The notes beneath the pieces were generated by a model. The model made no database searches, was not told the origin of the DNA, and saw only the letters and a list, made by a program, of their open reading frames with translations. A stretch of 64,000 nucleotides of DNA, taken from positions 2,790,001 through 2,854,000 of the forward strand of contig NC_079239.1 of NCBI RefSeq assembly GCF_027921745.1. Reading direction: 5' to 3'. The translations under genes and the position numbers were made by a program. Below are positions 43,107-53,363 of this stretch, piece by piece (the stretch's first letter is position 1; each line of letters begins with the position of its first letter). This DNA comes from Schizosaccharomyces osmophilus (Eukaryota).

Positions 43107-45716
43107 TTAAACATACGACTTATTTATATAGTCAAAAACACTTTCTAGTTTACCAGCCAACGCTATATTAACAAATTCATCATCCACATAACTGTAGTCA
43201 TACAAGAGGTAAGAACGTTTGAGAGAATAAAAACAACCATGGTTAACGTTGAAGGAAGTCATTATTGTTTCACGAAAAATATCGCAGTTTAGTTTTGGAG
43301 TAAAGTCCTCATTATCTTGAGTAGGACACTCATCCATAACAGGGACTTCACAGAGCTCATAGCATTGTATATTACACTCGTCAATATTCGCAACAGCAAT
43401 TCTTGAATACAAATTGGTATCATTTTCCTTTTTAGGTGTCAGATTAGTCTCCAGCATGCTTGTCAATGTACTTGCAAAAAACTCTTCTCTGTTTGGAATA
43501 ATGTAAGCGTCCAGCGGTGCCGCTTGTAAATCAAAACAAGGATGCAAGTAAGTCAAAAAACCCGCCTGGAATACTGAAGGCCCCAATTTTGGTAGGCGTG
43601 TTCTTGTAGAATCACAATTAGTGTCAATCATAGGTAGGTCAACCTGAAGCAATCCGTTAGGTACAAGTCTAGTTTTGGGTAAACCTTTCAAGGCTTCTTT
43701 ATTAGCATTGAAATTATCCAAATATTCCAGACCTGGACAACTATTTGAACCAAAAATGAAGTCAGAAGAACTTGGAGAAAAACTTCCAAAAGAGTGCTGC
43801 TGTTCTGGTTGTTTGGAACTAGAGTTCGAAACAACGCCTGAACTATCCGGGCCAGTTGGTGAACTTTGATAACTACTACGCATAAACTTAAGCCGCCAAG
43901 AGCTACCTAAATAATTGCGTAATGACGACTTGCGGCCGACGTTGTGGTTTGATGGCTTGCTAGATCGAATATCGATAGCTTGAGACGAATTCGACACACT
44001 CGACGAGGAATAAGCATCTCTAGTATTATTTGAAGAATAATTTGGAGTAGTCGGCATGCTTTGAGATGAAAGCATCCCAGAAGAAGGGAAAAGTAGATTT
44101 GGCTCTAACATATCAGCAGATGAAGTAGCTAATGACGGGCGTAGGAGTGGAGCTAAAATATACAAAAAGCGTCTAGCAATAGGAGCACGGGAAGACTGGA
44201 TCATAATTTTACATGGTGTTTTTTCCGTTTTCTTTAGTCGGCTCATTTTCATAGCAAGGGTGAGTAGTGAAAAAATAAACCTAATTATAAGTTAGTTATT
44301 CAACTGTATAGACTATAGAACTTACTTTTTTTGTTTTTCATTTCTGCAAGAATCTTCTAAGATCTTGATATTCTCCATCCAAATATGATTCGAGAATACC
44401 GAAGGTTGTATTAACGGTGCTGATACACCAGCTTTTATAATTCGCAAACACTGTTGAATTTTCGTGATAGTAAATGCATCTTTTTGAAGTGAATAAGAGC
44501 CAAAACCGACTTTTGAAGAAGTGGATTGTATAAGAGGAATTGCGTTTTCATTACAGTTCGAAGAATTGGACAGCGAAACGCATAAAAGCTCCCGAATATG
44601 ATTGTCTATATCTGTCTTCAAGTTTTTTGTAGCATTCGAAAATAAGGACCAGTAAAAAGTAAGAGGATGAACTGTGCTTTCAAATGTAACTGGTACAGTT
44701 ACGATCAGGGCTAACGCATAGGTTGAAGGCCGGGTCCGAGTTTCAGAAAACAAGAATGGTGATAACGTACCGCCGGCTCCATTCAAGCTAGACGTAGAAA
44801 GGTTAATAGGAGGAGGTCTATTTTTCCGACGACGACGCATATTCTCCATTAAATTCCCTGTTTCTTTACTAAAGGAATAAGAAGAACCATTCAATTTCCT
44901 TGTCCCTAAAAGCGGGTTAGAATTAGATAGCGTATCCGGCACAGAACCGCTTGAATGAGAAATCCTGATAGGCGAACTTGATCTGGGACTATAAGAAATT
45001 AGACGCGAGGGTCGAGGTCTTTCTTTATGTGAAGGTTGAATGCTTAAAAGCTTTTCCATTTGATCGTGCAACAATGAAGATGAAGAAGCAGTTGTTAGGT
45101 TGTTCTTCCTTTTTGGAGAATGTTTTGATTCCTTTCTTACTCTCTTCTCGTCTGTTTCTGATGGTACAGAACGCCTTTCATCCATCCGGTCATCCAACCT
45201 AGGTTTCGCGGTTTCTCCATCGCTTTGTGTTGAATCCTGGGTTTTGATTGTCGAAGTGTTCAAATTAACTTCGGTATGTTCGTTCACTCTTTGCTCGTTG
45301 GAGCTAATGTCTTCCCCAGCCATTTCATTCCCTGGTGTTTCAACCGGTCCACACAAGTTTATCTGAAAGAGCTGAGTTAGCATGTATTCTCGAGTAACAG
45401 GAGAAGGAGACTGCAGGACATGCAGTTTTGTAACGGTATTTTTTTGGGACATTGGAATTGCTCCAAACATCAAGTCGGTCAAAGGCGCATGAGATGAATC
45501 CCTAAGCTGAGTTTCGTGGCCTTCATGATCAGAGTATTTAGAATCAAATAAAATTGTTTTCTTTCTATCGCCAATATCTTGTACAAGAACAAAACGAAAC
45601 GATAAATCTTTGATTTCCGGACTGGGTTTTTCCAACCCATGTAGAAGCTCATAGGACTCCTTTGAGGAAGAATTAGTACCAGAGGATGAACCTGAATGAA
45701 ATAGAAAATGAAGCAT
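43107..45716 (-). CDS. Folliculin-interacting protein (FNIP)/Lst4-like protein, exons 45716-44326 and 44280-43107
   Basis: FNIP_N-like motifs (FRFVLVQDIGDRKKTILFDS, LTDLMFGAIPM....TKLHVL, YMLTQLF), YALALIV, IARRFLYILAPLL and SRIAVANIDEC. One GTAAGT..TAG intron. Confidence 0.75.
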
Positions 45717-46069
45717 TAAATGCACATTACGCGATTCAAATTATATGGCGAAGTAAAAGTGGTATACTCCACAAAATCTTAAGACTTATTTCAAACAAAT
45801 TGTATAATATCTTATATTTGATATAGGGAAAGGATTTGCTTTTCTAGATACCAAATTGTTTTAATTATTCATTCCTCATAAGTATTACTTTTGTGGTGGT
45901 GAACCCATATCCAGTCCATAATAGAAGAAATTCGTATGTGACTTTTAAGAGAACCAAGCTTCGGTAATAGGAAAAAAAGAAACGTAGTAATAAAGACTAA
46001 ACTATTTGGTTTCTAGCTAAGTTGGTATTTGCTTTGCAATAGCTGAAGTTTTAACCTTTGACACAAGAC

Positions 46070-47479
46070 ATGCGCGAAATATTAAGCTTAGGTTTTGGAA
46101 GCAAGAGCAATTACTTGCTTACACACTTTTGGAACACACAGGAAGCATACTTTGTCTATGATGAAAAGGATGCTTCGAAGGTATCGGTAAATACAAATTT
46201 TCGTCAATTGACAAAACACAATCGTGAGCATTTGGCAACTGTCCCGAGAGAATGCGTCTACGACTTTACTGATGAGTTTGGCTTCGTAAAAAAGCCTTGG
46301 TTAGCCGAAGAGAGGGATTCAGAAATAGTAGGTTCTTCCTTTCCCGGTTCACTTGATAAAATTCACAAAGCACCTCTTGACATTCATCCTTATCAGAATG
46401 CCTTATGGAAACAGGATGAGTGGTTACAATCCCAAAATCCTCATGAATTGAAGAACCTTGAACAAATGCCGTCCATACCCAATATAGAAAATGGTACTAT
46501 AAAGCATTGGTCAGATTTCAATAGATTGTTATTTGATCCCAAGTACTTATATCCTATAAATTCTCTTGACTTAAATTCTGAAGGGTCATCATTTGAGCTC
46601 GGAGAGGAAGCTTTTCGTAGACATAATAATGAGCAGAATGTCTGGGATGATTCTTTACGCCCTCTTATTGAGGAATGTGACGGAATGCAAGGATTTCAGT
46701 TTGTCGTTGATGTTAATACTGGCTGGTCCGGGTTTATGACAAGCTATCTACAATATATTGAAGACGAACTACAGGATGCCGGCTTACCAGTGTGGATTTT
46801 TGGTGTTAAAAATACAGGCGGCTCATCCGTAAATTCATTACCAACTCAAAATCAAAAGCAGATGTACGCAAATGAATCGTTAACTCTAGCGAGTCTTAAA
46901 GATGTGCTTTCTCTTTATGCACCATTATCTTTAAATTCAGACCATGATCACTGGTTTGCCAGTTCTATTGCAAACATGGCATTTGAATCTTTGACGCTGC
47001 CGACACGTTTGAACGGAGCTTCATATATGCACATGAGTGATTTAGAATACTACTTCAAATCAAACAGTGGCCGTTCTATTCTTGCCCTTGACCTAAAAGC
47101 AAAATCACACGAAAAAAATGAATGGTATATTAATCAAAATGTTTCTTTCGCTACTGAAACACCTATTTCTCTTTCTAATCCTTTGAGGAGGCGCACAATT
47201 ATGCGAGGTCCAAACAACCAAGAGGCAATTTTAGGCGAGATCTCTCCAGAACTAACCCAAGACATAATTAATATAAAAGATTTGGGCTTTCCAACGCTAG
47301 ACACTACTCCTAACGACTTGTCTAATATTGATACAACCATTGTTTCTGCTTCTTCAAACGAGAAAGTAACTTCACACTTAAAATCAATTGGAAAGTATAT
47401 GAGTACTCGACATATTCCTGAATTAGACCAAGATGATATATTAGAGTTACAGGAAAACCTACAGTTCTTTACTTCATAA
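46070..47479 (+). CDS. dml1: Misato/Dml1 tubulin-like protein
   Basis: MREILSLGFGSKSNYLLTHFWNTQEAYF, HWSDFNRLLFDP, LRPLIEECDGMQGFQ...DVNTGWSGF and FESLTLPTRL motifs. Confidence 0.93.
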   Translation: MREILSLGFGSKSNYLLTHFWNTQEAYFVYDEKDASKVSVNTNFRQLTKHNREHLATVPRECVYDFTDEFGFVKKPWLAEERDSEIVGSSFPGSLDKIHKAPLDIHPYQNALWKQDEWLQSQNPHELKNLEQMPSIPNIENGTIKHWSDFNRLLFDPKYLYPINSLDLNSEGSSFELGEEAFRRHNNEQNVWDDSLRPLIEECDGMQGFQFVVDVNTGWSGFMTSYLQYIEDELQDAGLPVWIFGVKNTGGSSVNSLPTQNQKQMYANESLTLASLKDVLSLYAPLSLNSDHDHWFASSIANMAFESLTLPTRLNGASYMHMSDLEYYFKSNSGRSILALDLKAKSHEKNEWYINQNVSFATETPISLSNPLRRRTIMRGPNNQEAILGEISPELTQDIINIKDLGFPTLDTTPNDLSNIDTTIVSASSNEKVTSHLKSIGKYMSTRHIPELDQDDILELQENLQFFTS

Positions 47480-47668
47480 GTGACTAAATTGAGTCTCTCG
47501 AAAATATTATGTAAAGGTATTATTATTCTACTAAAAGGCGGTTTTTCTATTTGCTCGAAAATCGTTGCAATAATAACATATGCTGCAAGAATCATCGAGT
47601 ATTCCCGAGAGTATTAAATAAGCATCAAACCTGTTCATTCCTTACCCACTTCTGCGTTTGTAGATCTT

Positions 47669-48265
47669 TTATTGTTCTTGTACAAGAGATGTCACCATGC
47701 TAAACGACGTTAGCAACAATACTAGGGCGTTAAAATACACCAGTGATTGGTACTTCTTCCAAAAACTTGTATTCACACTTACCAATAAAGCAAGGTAAAG
47801 AACATGACCAAAGCAAAGAGAGCCTTTATAAAAGTAACACGTTTATGGCGACCTAACTGACGGAATATCTCAGTGGCATCCAAAACATGAGTTTTATGAA
47901 TGATTTGATTGACATGAAACACGATAAGCGGTAAATTAAAGAGCACCAAAACCCATTTCCCTGCCAGCAACAAGAGGAGCGTCATTCCAGTGTGTGTCAA
48001 AATCTCTGGTATTATATATTGATTTAGTTTGTTACACAGGTCGATTGGGTTTATATAGTCCATTTCCAAATCCTTAGAGACGTCAGTAACTAGCAAAAAA
48101 GGTGCTGTAAAAATACAAAAAACATACACTGAACATAATTATAAAATAAATTTGCATCAACATGTTTGCGCCATTGAGCCTAACTTATGTTAGAAAAAAG
48201 CGTTGGAAATAGCAATCTACATACATTAAGCTTGCAATATATGAGAAAGAACCAAACGAAATCAT
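47669..48265 (-). CDS. erv14: Cornichon-family ER cargo receptor, about 4 exons
   Basis: LNGANMLMQIYFIIMFS|DLEMDYINPIDLCNKLNQYIIPE...LDATEIFRQL. The last exon encodes MVTSLVQEQ-stop at 47669. Confidence 0.9.
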
Positions 48266-48448
48266 TTTTTATAAAACTTTTAATTTTAGAACGAACGACT
48301 AACCGCTTTTTGGGATTTGGTTACAGTGGGGATGTATATGGAGTCCCTTGCGAGTCTATTATAGAAAATGCTGTACATAAACAGACCAAAACCTACTAGT
48401 AATTTCCTGTAGAAGCTATTTTAATAAAACTTAAGTAAGTTATAAATA

Positions 48449-48472
48449 CATATATATATATATATATATATA
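48449..48472. repeat. (TA)n microsatellite
   Basis: catatatatatatatatatatata read directly. Confidence 0.9.
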
Positions 48473-48677
48473 TTAGTCTTTACTGTAAAGTACGAACCGA
48501 TTCTGTATGCAATAGCTTCCAATCAAAAAACCTCCATACAAACACTACAGTTCGTCTCGTAGACATATCTCTTTTTGCTGCAAAGATTAAAGGTAAAACC
48601 AGAATATCTATTACCAAATGATCTAGATCCTTTCAAAAAAACTAAAATTCAAAACAATCTAAAAGAAAAAAGCTTCT

Positions 48678-49943
48678 TTAACTCAAAGTACCGTTGACGA
48701 CAGTTTGCGCCTTACAGAAACCAAGCTCCTTTTTATCCTTGACGAATAACTTATGAAGTCCTTGGTCGTTCTTGAATCCGCAGAGTAGATCTTCACCGCT
48801 GGAAAAGCCAGGCTGAATAGTTTCCCAAACTTTACGCTTGGGATTCAATTGAGATTCAGGTTCAGTGTTGTCAAAGCCTTCAAAAGCAAGACGGTCACCA
48901 GCCTCAGCACCTTCAGGTGGGAGCACAAACTCAACAACAGAATGGTCAGGTGAAGAAGCACAAAGAACCATAGCTTGGGACTTAACACTGCGCATATTGA
49001 CGGGCTTTAAATTGGCAACTACAACAACCTTACGCTGTTGCATCTGTTCCAAAGGAATATACTTAACCAAACCACTACAAACAGTACGGGGTCCCTCGGC
49101 ATCACCACAATGGATTGTGGAAACGTACAAACTATCAGCATTGGGATGTCTGACGGCCTTTTCAATGAAACCAACACGAAGATCAATCATAGAAGGAACA
49201 GGAGCCTCAACCTTGGGAGCTTCCTTAGGAGGCTTATCCTTCTTTTCTTTCTTATCGCTCTTCTCCTTCTTCTTTTGCTTTTCCTTTTTAGCAGCCTCGA
49301 TCTCAGCACCAGAAGGCTTTTGAGCTGCCTTTTCTCCCTTTCCATTCTGCTTTTCTTCGCTCTTGCCCTCCTTCTTGTCCTTCTTAGTGACAGTAGGACG
49401 TTGAATTTTGGGGGCATTCAAATCCACAGCAACCAGCTCCAAACCGATACTCTTGGCAGTTTCCATAACATCCTCTTGATGTTGAATAAAGTCAAACCAA
49501 CGGGCAACGCTATTTAACTTGTAACCCTCCTTGGCAGATAGACCAGAAATAACGGAATGAAGACGGACATACATGGTAAGGTCAGCAAGTGTAATACCAG
49601 CATCTTGAGCAATAAAAGTAGTGTTTTTTAAGGATTCATTAAGCGTCTCCAAAATTTCTTGAGAGTTGGCAGATGAAAAAGCCTTGGTTGTCCATTCGAA
49701 AATTTGGGCTTTTTCAAAATCGCTAGATCCTAACAACTCTGGCTTTTTCTCAGATGCAGCTTTAAATAAAGCATTTACAGGTGCTTGTTCATTATCCTGA
49801 ACGGGAATATCTAAGAACTTAGAAGCAAATTTCACCTCTGTCGACATTTTGCTGAAAACCCGATACTGGTGGTGAGGAAAAGACTGTATACAAGCAGGTC
49901 TTAACCTAAGGAAGGTATTGTTTAATGTTCTGAAGCAATTCAT
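48678..49943 (-). CDS. Arc1-type aminoacyl-tRNA synthetase cofactor (GST-like, Lys-rich linker, tRNA-binding OB fold)
   Basis: GST-C-like segment (TLADLTMY...VARWFDFIQH) and OB fold (IDLRVGFI..AVRHPNADSLYV, RTVCSGLVKYIP, NLKPVNMRSVKSQAMVLCAS, LNPKRKVWETIQP). A second in-frame ATG is at 49847. Confidence 0.93.
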   Translation of the reverse strand: MNCFRTLNNTFLRLRPACIQSFPHHQYRVFSKMSTEVKFASKFLDIPVQDNEQAPVNALFKAASEKKPELLGSSDFEKAQIFEWTTKAFSSANSQEILETLNESLKNTTFIAQDAGITLADLTMYVRLHSVISGLSAKEGYKLNSVARWFDFIQHQEDVMETAKSIGLELVAVDLNAPKIQRPTVTKKDKKEGKSEEKQNGKGEKAAQKPSGAEIEAAKKEKQKKKEKSDKKEKKDKPPKEAPKVEAPVPSMIDLRVGFIEKAVRHPNADSLYVSTIHCGDAEGPRTVCSGLVKYIPLEQMQQRKVVVVANLKPVNMRSVKSQAMVLCASSPDHSVVEFVLPPEGAEAGDRLAFEGFDNTEPESQLNPKRKVWETIQPGFSSGEDLLCGFKNDQGLHKLFVKDKKELGFCKAQTVVNGTLS

Positions 49944-50253
49944 GAAAAGTATATTAATGATATTAAGAAGTTTTCTTTTGACTTTTCAAATATTGTTTGT
50001 GCCTTTTCTTTCTTAGGAATCGTAAATTCTGTAGGGAGTATACGTGTTGAGCTGGCATGGGTTTCTTCTTATTATAGTAAACATTCTTAGTTTGTGAGCA
50101 TTCTTGCAATTTGAAAGAAGCGAAAGAATGAATCATTAATATTGAATTTTGGTGAAATTCATTAGGTCAAAATGTCTCAAGAAATCGCATGCTGTGTACA
50201 TGTGTTTTTAGTTATTCTATATCTATTTAGTTATTCTATATCAATACAATAAA

Positions 50254-50877
50254 TCATTTTCTATAGAGAATGATATTGTCAGAACCGAATGTGACAACGT
50301 TCGCACAATCATGATAAAGGGCTTCAATATTAGGAGGCTTCTGACTATGATAGGTATTGAGACACGTTAGCCAAGAGCGCTGTATATCATAAAACAAGGT
50401 TTCATAAGAAATATCTTTTGTACCACCGTTGAAAGTATCGACGATTACATCCACGGGTTCATCTGGAAGACAACGATGTCCGTTGTGATGTAAAGCTTCC
50501 AAAACATCAATGAACGCTTGCCTCAGCCGTCGTGAGCTATGAGAACGAATCACTGCACTTTTGTGAACTCCTTTCTTCCCAGCTCTAATGGATAAACGGA
50601 TAGGGCTACCGCTGTAATGCAGGATAGGATATCGAAACGGCTTTGAGTTTAGTCTTTCTATAAAGGAAAATAACCAAATCCTTGGAATACAATACATAGT
50701 CATATAATTTGATCTCGCCAGCTTCCGTGTTGACCGAATAATTTGCATTTCTTCAGGACTGATCTTTAGTTTAGCCAAGTTTCCTATAGGCAAGGGGTTT
50801 GTATTTTTCCCCTTTAGATTTCGAGGCACATATTGAACCAAAGGTTTGAAAACATGGTTGACAATATGCCTAGACAT
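50254..50877 (-). CDS. Bacterial RnpA (RNase P protein)-like basic protein, 207 aa, probably mitochondrial
   Basis: ATG 50877 (MSRHIVNHVFKPL, basic and acid-free N-terminus). The core RLSIRAGKKGVHKSAVIRSHSSRRLRQAF...VDVIV...ISYETLFYDI parallels RnpA RLGISVSKK-G-AV-RNR-KRRLRE-F...D-VV...Y-EL. Confidence 0.7.
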   Translation of the reverse strand: MSRHIVNHVFKPLVQYVPRNLKGKNTNPLPIGNLAKLKISPEEMQIIRSTRKLARSNYMTMYCIPRIWLFSFIERLNSKPFRYPILHYSGSPIRLSIRAGKKGVHKSAVIRSHSSRRLRQAFIDVLEALHHNGHRCLPDEPVDVIVDTFNGGTKDISYETLFYDIQRSWLTCLNTYHSQKPPNIEALYHDCANVVTFGSDNIILYRK

Positions 50878-51423
50878 GAAAAAAACGAAGGATCCGCTTG
50901 TTATGTGTGAGCAAGCATTCAAAATATTTAACCCTTTAATTTTCTTGTTCAACAATCTTCCCTTCTACTGTATTATTTTTTTGTAGAGGATTGAATTTCG
51001 GGATACGATCTACGTCGAAAAAACGAAAATTTTCCAAGTGTTGTAGCATGTATATACAATGTCAACAAGACACAGTTATGCACAATGTATGAACAGTGAA
51101 ATCATATTGAGAAAGATTTTAGTATTAAAAGCTTGTTAACTCCAATTTCATTCTCTAATTACCACTGAAGAGTAGGAAATTGTACTTTTTAAACCAAATT
51201 AAGTAGTGAAATCCATGAAGTTGATTAATAGGAGAAAATTAAGTTTCAATAGAATTAAAGAACGATTTTATTTTTTCCTTTACCAAAAAAAAAGAAACTA
51301 AAAGTACTGAAAAAAAAATCAAGAAGACTACCACAAATGTGAAAGTAAAGTTTAAGAACGCATTGACTGTTTCAATACTTTCCTTTCGAGGTATATAGGT
51401 ATTAATTTGAAAATTAACAAGGA

Positions 51424-52380
51424 TTATGAAGGAATTTTAGGGATATAAGCATATTCCAAATCATTAGATTGTTCATGCTTCATCATATCAAGGGCGACAG
51501 CGCAGGATTCAGCGACAACACGGACATCATCCTTGGAAAACTTTTCCAAAACAGGAAGACATTCTTCAGTAGCAATTCCACCCAATGCCTCCGCAGCCTC
51601 GTGTCGAACCATGTCCACTTCTTGAGTGTTTTCCAAAACCTCAATGAGAGCAGGAACAGAATGAGGATGCACCATTTGACCAAAGACGAAAGCAATCTCA
51701 TGACGGAACAAATCAGAAGGATCTTCAAATCCTTTGACTAAAGCACCAATGGCTTCCTTAGTACCAATGTTGCGCAAACGAAACATGACACGGTAACGAT
51801 GAAACAAAGGGAGATCTTGGTCAACCAACTCGGATTTTAACTTCTCAATCTCCTTGTTCACATCATTAATAGTGTCAGGCATAGGAGGAGCAGGATCCAC
51901 GATATTGTCGTACATGCTTGGAGTAATTTTTTCATTGTTTTTGTCGAGACCATTCTTCCATTGAATGCGAGCAATAGCCAATTCACAAGTTTCCCGAATA
52001 GGAGCCAAAGGATCGTTTTTGTAATAGGTTTCCAATACTGGCAAACTCTTAGTAAAGCCAAGAGCACCCAATGCTTCAGCAGCTTCATGACGAACCATGA
52101 CTTGCTGGTGAGGATCTTCGACAATTTTTGTCAAAGGCTCTATCGCATATTCCAAGCCGGATTGTCCCAAAACATAAGCCATTTCATGCTTCAGTAATTC
52201 GGATTCATCACCGAAAGCGTTATACACGGCATCAATAGCGCGTTTGTCTCCTTTTTGGGACAAAGCATTCAAACTGAACAAAGCACGATAGCGAAAAGGT
52301 AACTCGCTTTTTCCATCCTTGTTGACAAGAACACGTTCAAGCTCATCGATCACTTTTTGATCTACTGCATGAGACGACAT
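51424..52380 (-). CDS. lia1: Deoxyhypusine hydroxylase (Lia1/Mmd1, HEAT-like repeats)
   Basis: RYRALFSL, SELLKHEMAYVLGQ, MVRHEAAEALG (twice), RYRVMFRLRN and LFRHEIAFVFGQ, giving four HE iron-binding motifs. Confidence 0.96.
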   Translation of the reverse strand: MSSHAVDQKVIDELERVLVNKDGKSELPFRYRALFSLNALSQKGDKRAIDAVYNAFGDESELLKHEMAYVLGQSGLEYAIEPLTKIVEDPHQQVMVRHEAAEALGALGFTKSLPVLETYYKNDPLAPIRETCELAIARIQWKNGLDKNNEKITPSMYDNIVDPAPPMPDTINDVNKEIEKLKSELVDQDLPLFHRYRVMFRLRNIGTKEAIGALVKGFEDPSDLFRHEIAFVFGQMVHPHSVPALIEVLENTQEVDMVRHEAAEALGGIATEECLPVLEKFSKDDVRVVAESCAVALDMMKHEQSNDLEYAYIPKIPS

Positions 52381-53224
52381 TGTATAAAACTTCACGCACG
52401 AAATTGGATTTTTTTCTTGTTAGATATAAGTATATTTCCAGTCTATAACCAACCTAAAACCCTGAAATAAATAAATCAAAGAAGCGCTTCTTCCGAAAAA
52501 TTTTTCAATTCTATATTCTGAACCGAAACAATTAAATGCACAATTCTTTTCCCTTTAAGAAATTTTTTATTTTATTATATTTTGGAATTTTTGGGATTTT
52601 TGGAAGTAATTTTTCAACCAAGCACTTTTGTGAGGTCGTGTTGGAAAGACAAGTGCATTTCTACAGTGACTTTGAAATTAATACCCGTACCTAACCTCTT
52701 TCTTCCAATGAATCAAAGTATAAATAAAACCACGCCATCTTGTGACAGATGAAGAGATAATAATTTTTACTGGAAATGGGAATATCGCAGGGAATTCCAA
52801 GACTTTTCGAATGGCCAGTTTCTTCTAATAGGATCGTATAGAGAAATTTGGCTACAGTTTTTGGACTTACAAGCTTCTTTATTGTATATATTCAAATGTT
52901 AATTATTGCTGCCTAGTTTTTGCTTTGAAACGAAATTACAGGGACAATTTTGATGGTATACGAGAAACGAAGTGGGAAAGGATTTTAACTCTTGCGGTGA
53001 AGAATTTTTTCCTTATAATTATTATCAATTCGGAAATGGAATTGGTAATGGACTTGTGATACCGTAGTAACTAGTTTTTGGATGTGAATTATATCAACCC
53101 ATTGTCTCTTTCATCATGTCTGTGTACATTCTATGAACAAAATTTTAAAAAAAGCATTGAACTATGGATGCTTTTTTGTTTTATATGATTTCCCTTTCAT
53201 TGGTTTGGCTTTCTTTGTCTTTGG

Positions 53225-53235
53225 TTTCTTTGTTC
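53225..53235 (+). promoter_or_regulatory. TR-box-like (Ste11) motif upstream of dhc1
   Basis: TTTCTTTGTTC about 130 nt before the ATG, but inside a very T-rich tract. Confidence 0.3.
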
Positions 53236-53363
53236 ATCCTTTCTGGTATTATGGACTGGCTCTTTTTCTATATAGGTGTTTTCATGGTCTATTGCCAGCG
53301 ATATTTGCATTCATTTCTCATTTTCTTTCTTTTTGTTGAAATATTTATATTTTCATTTTTGTT

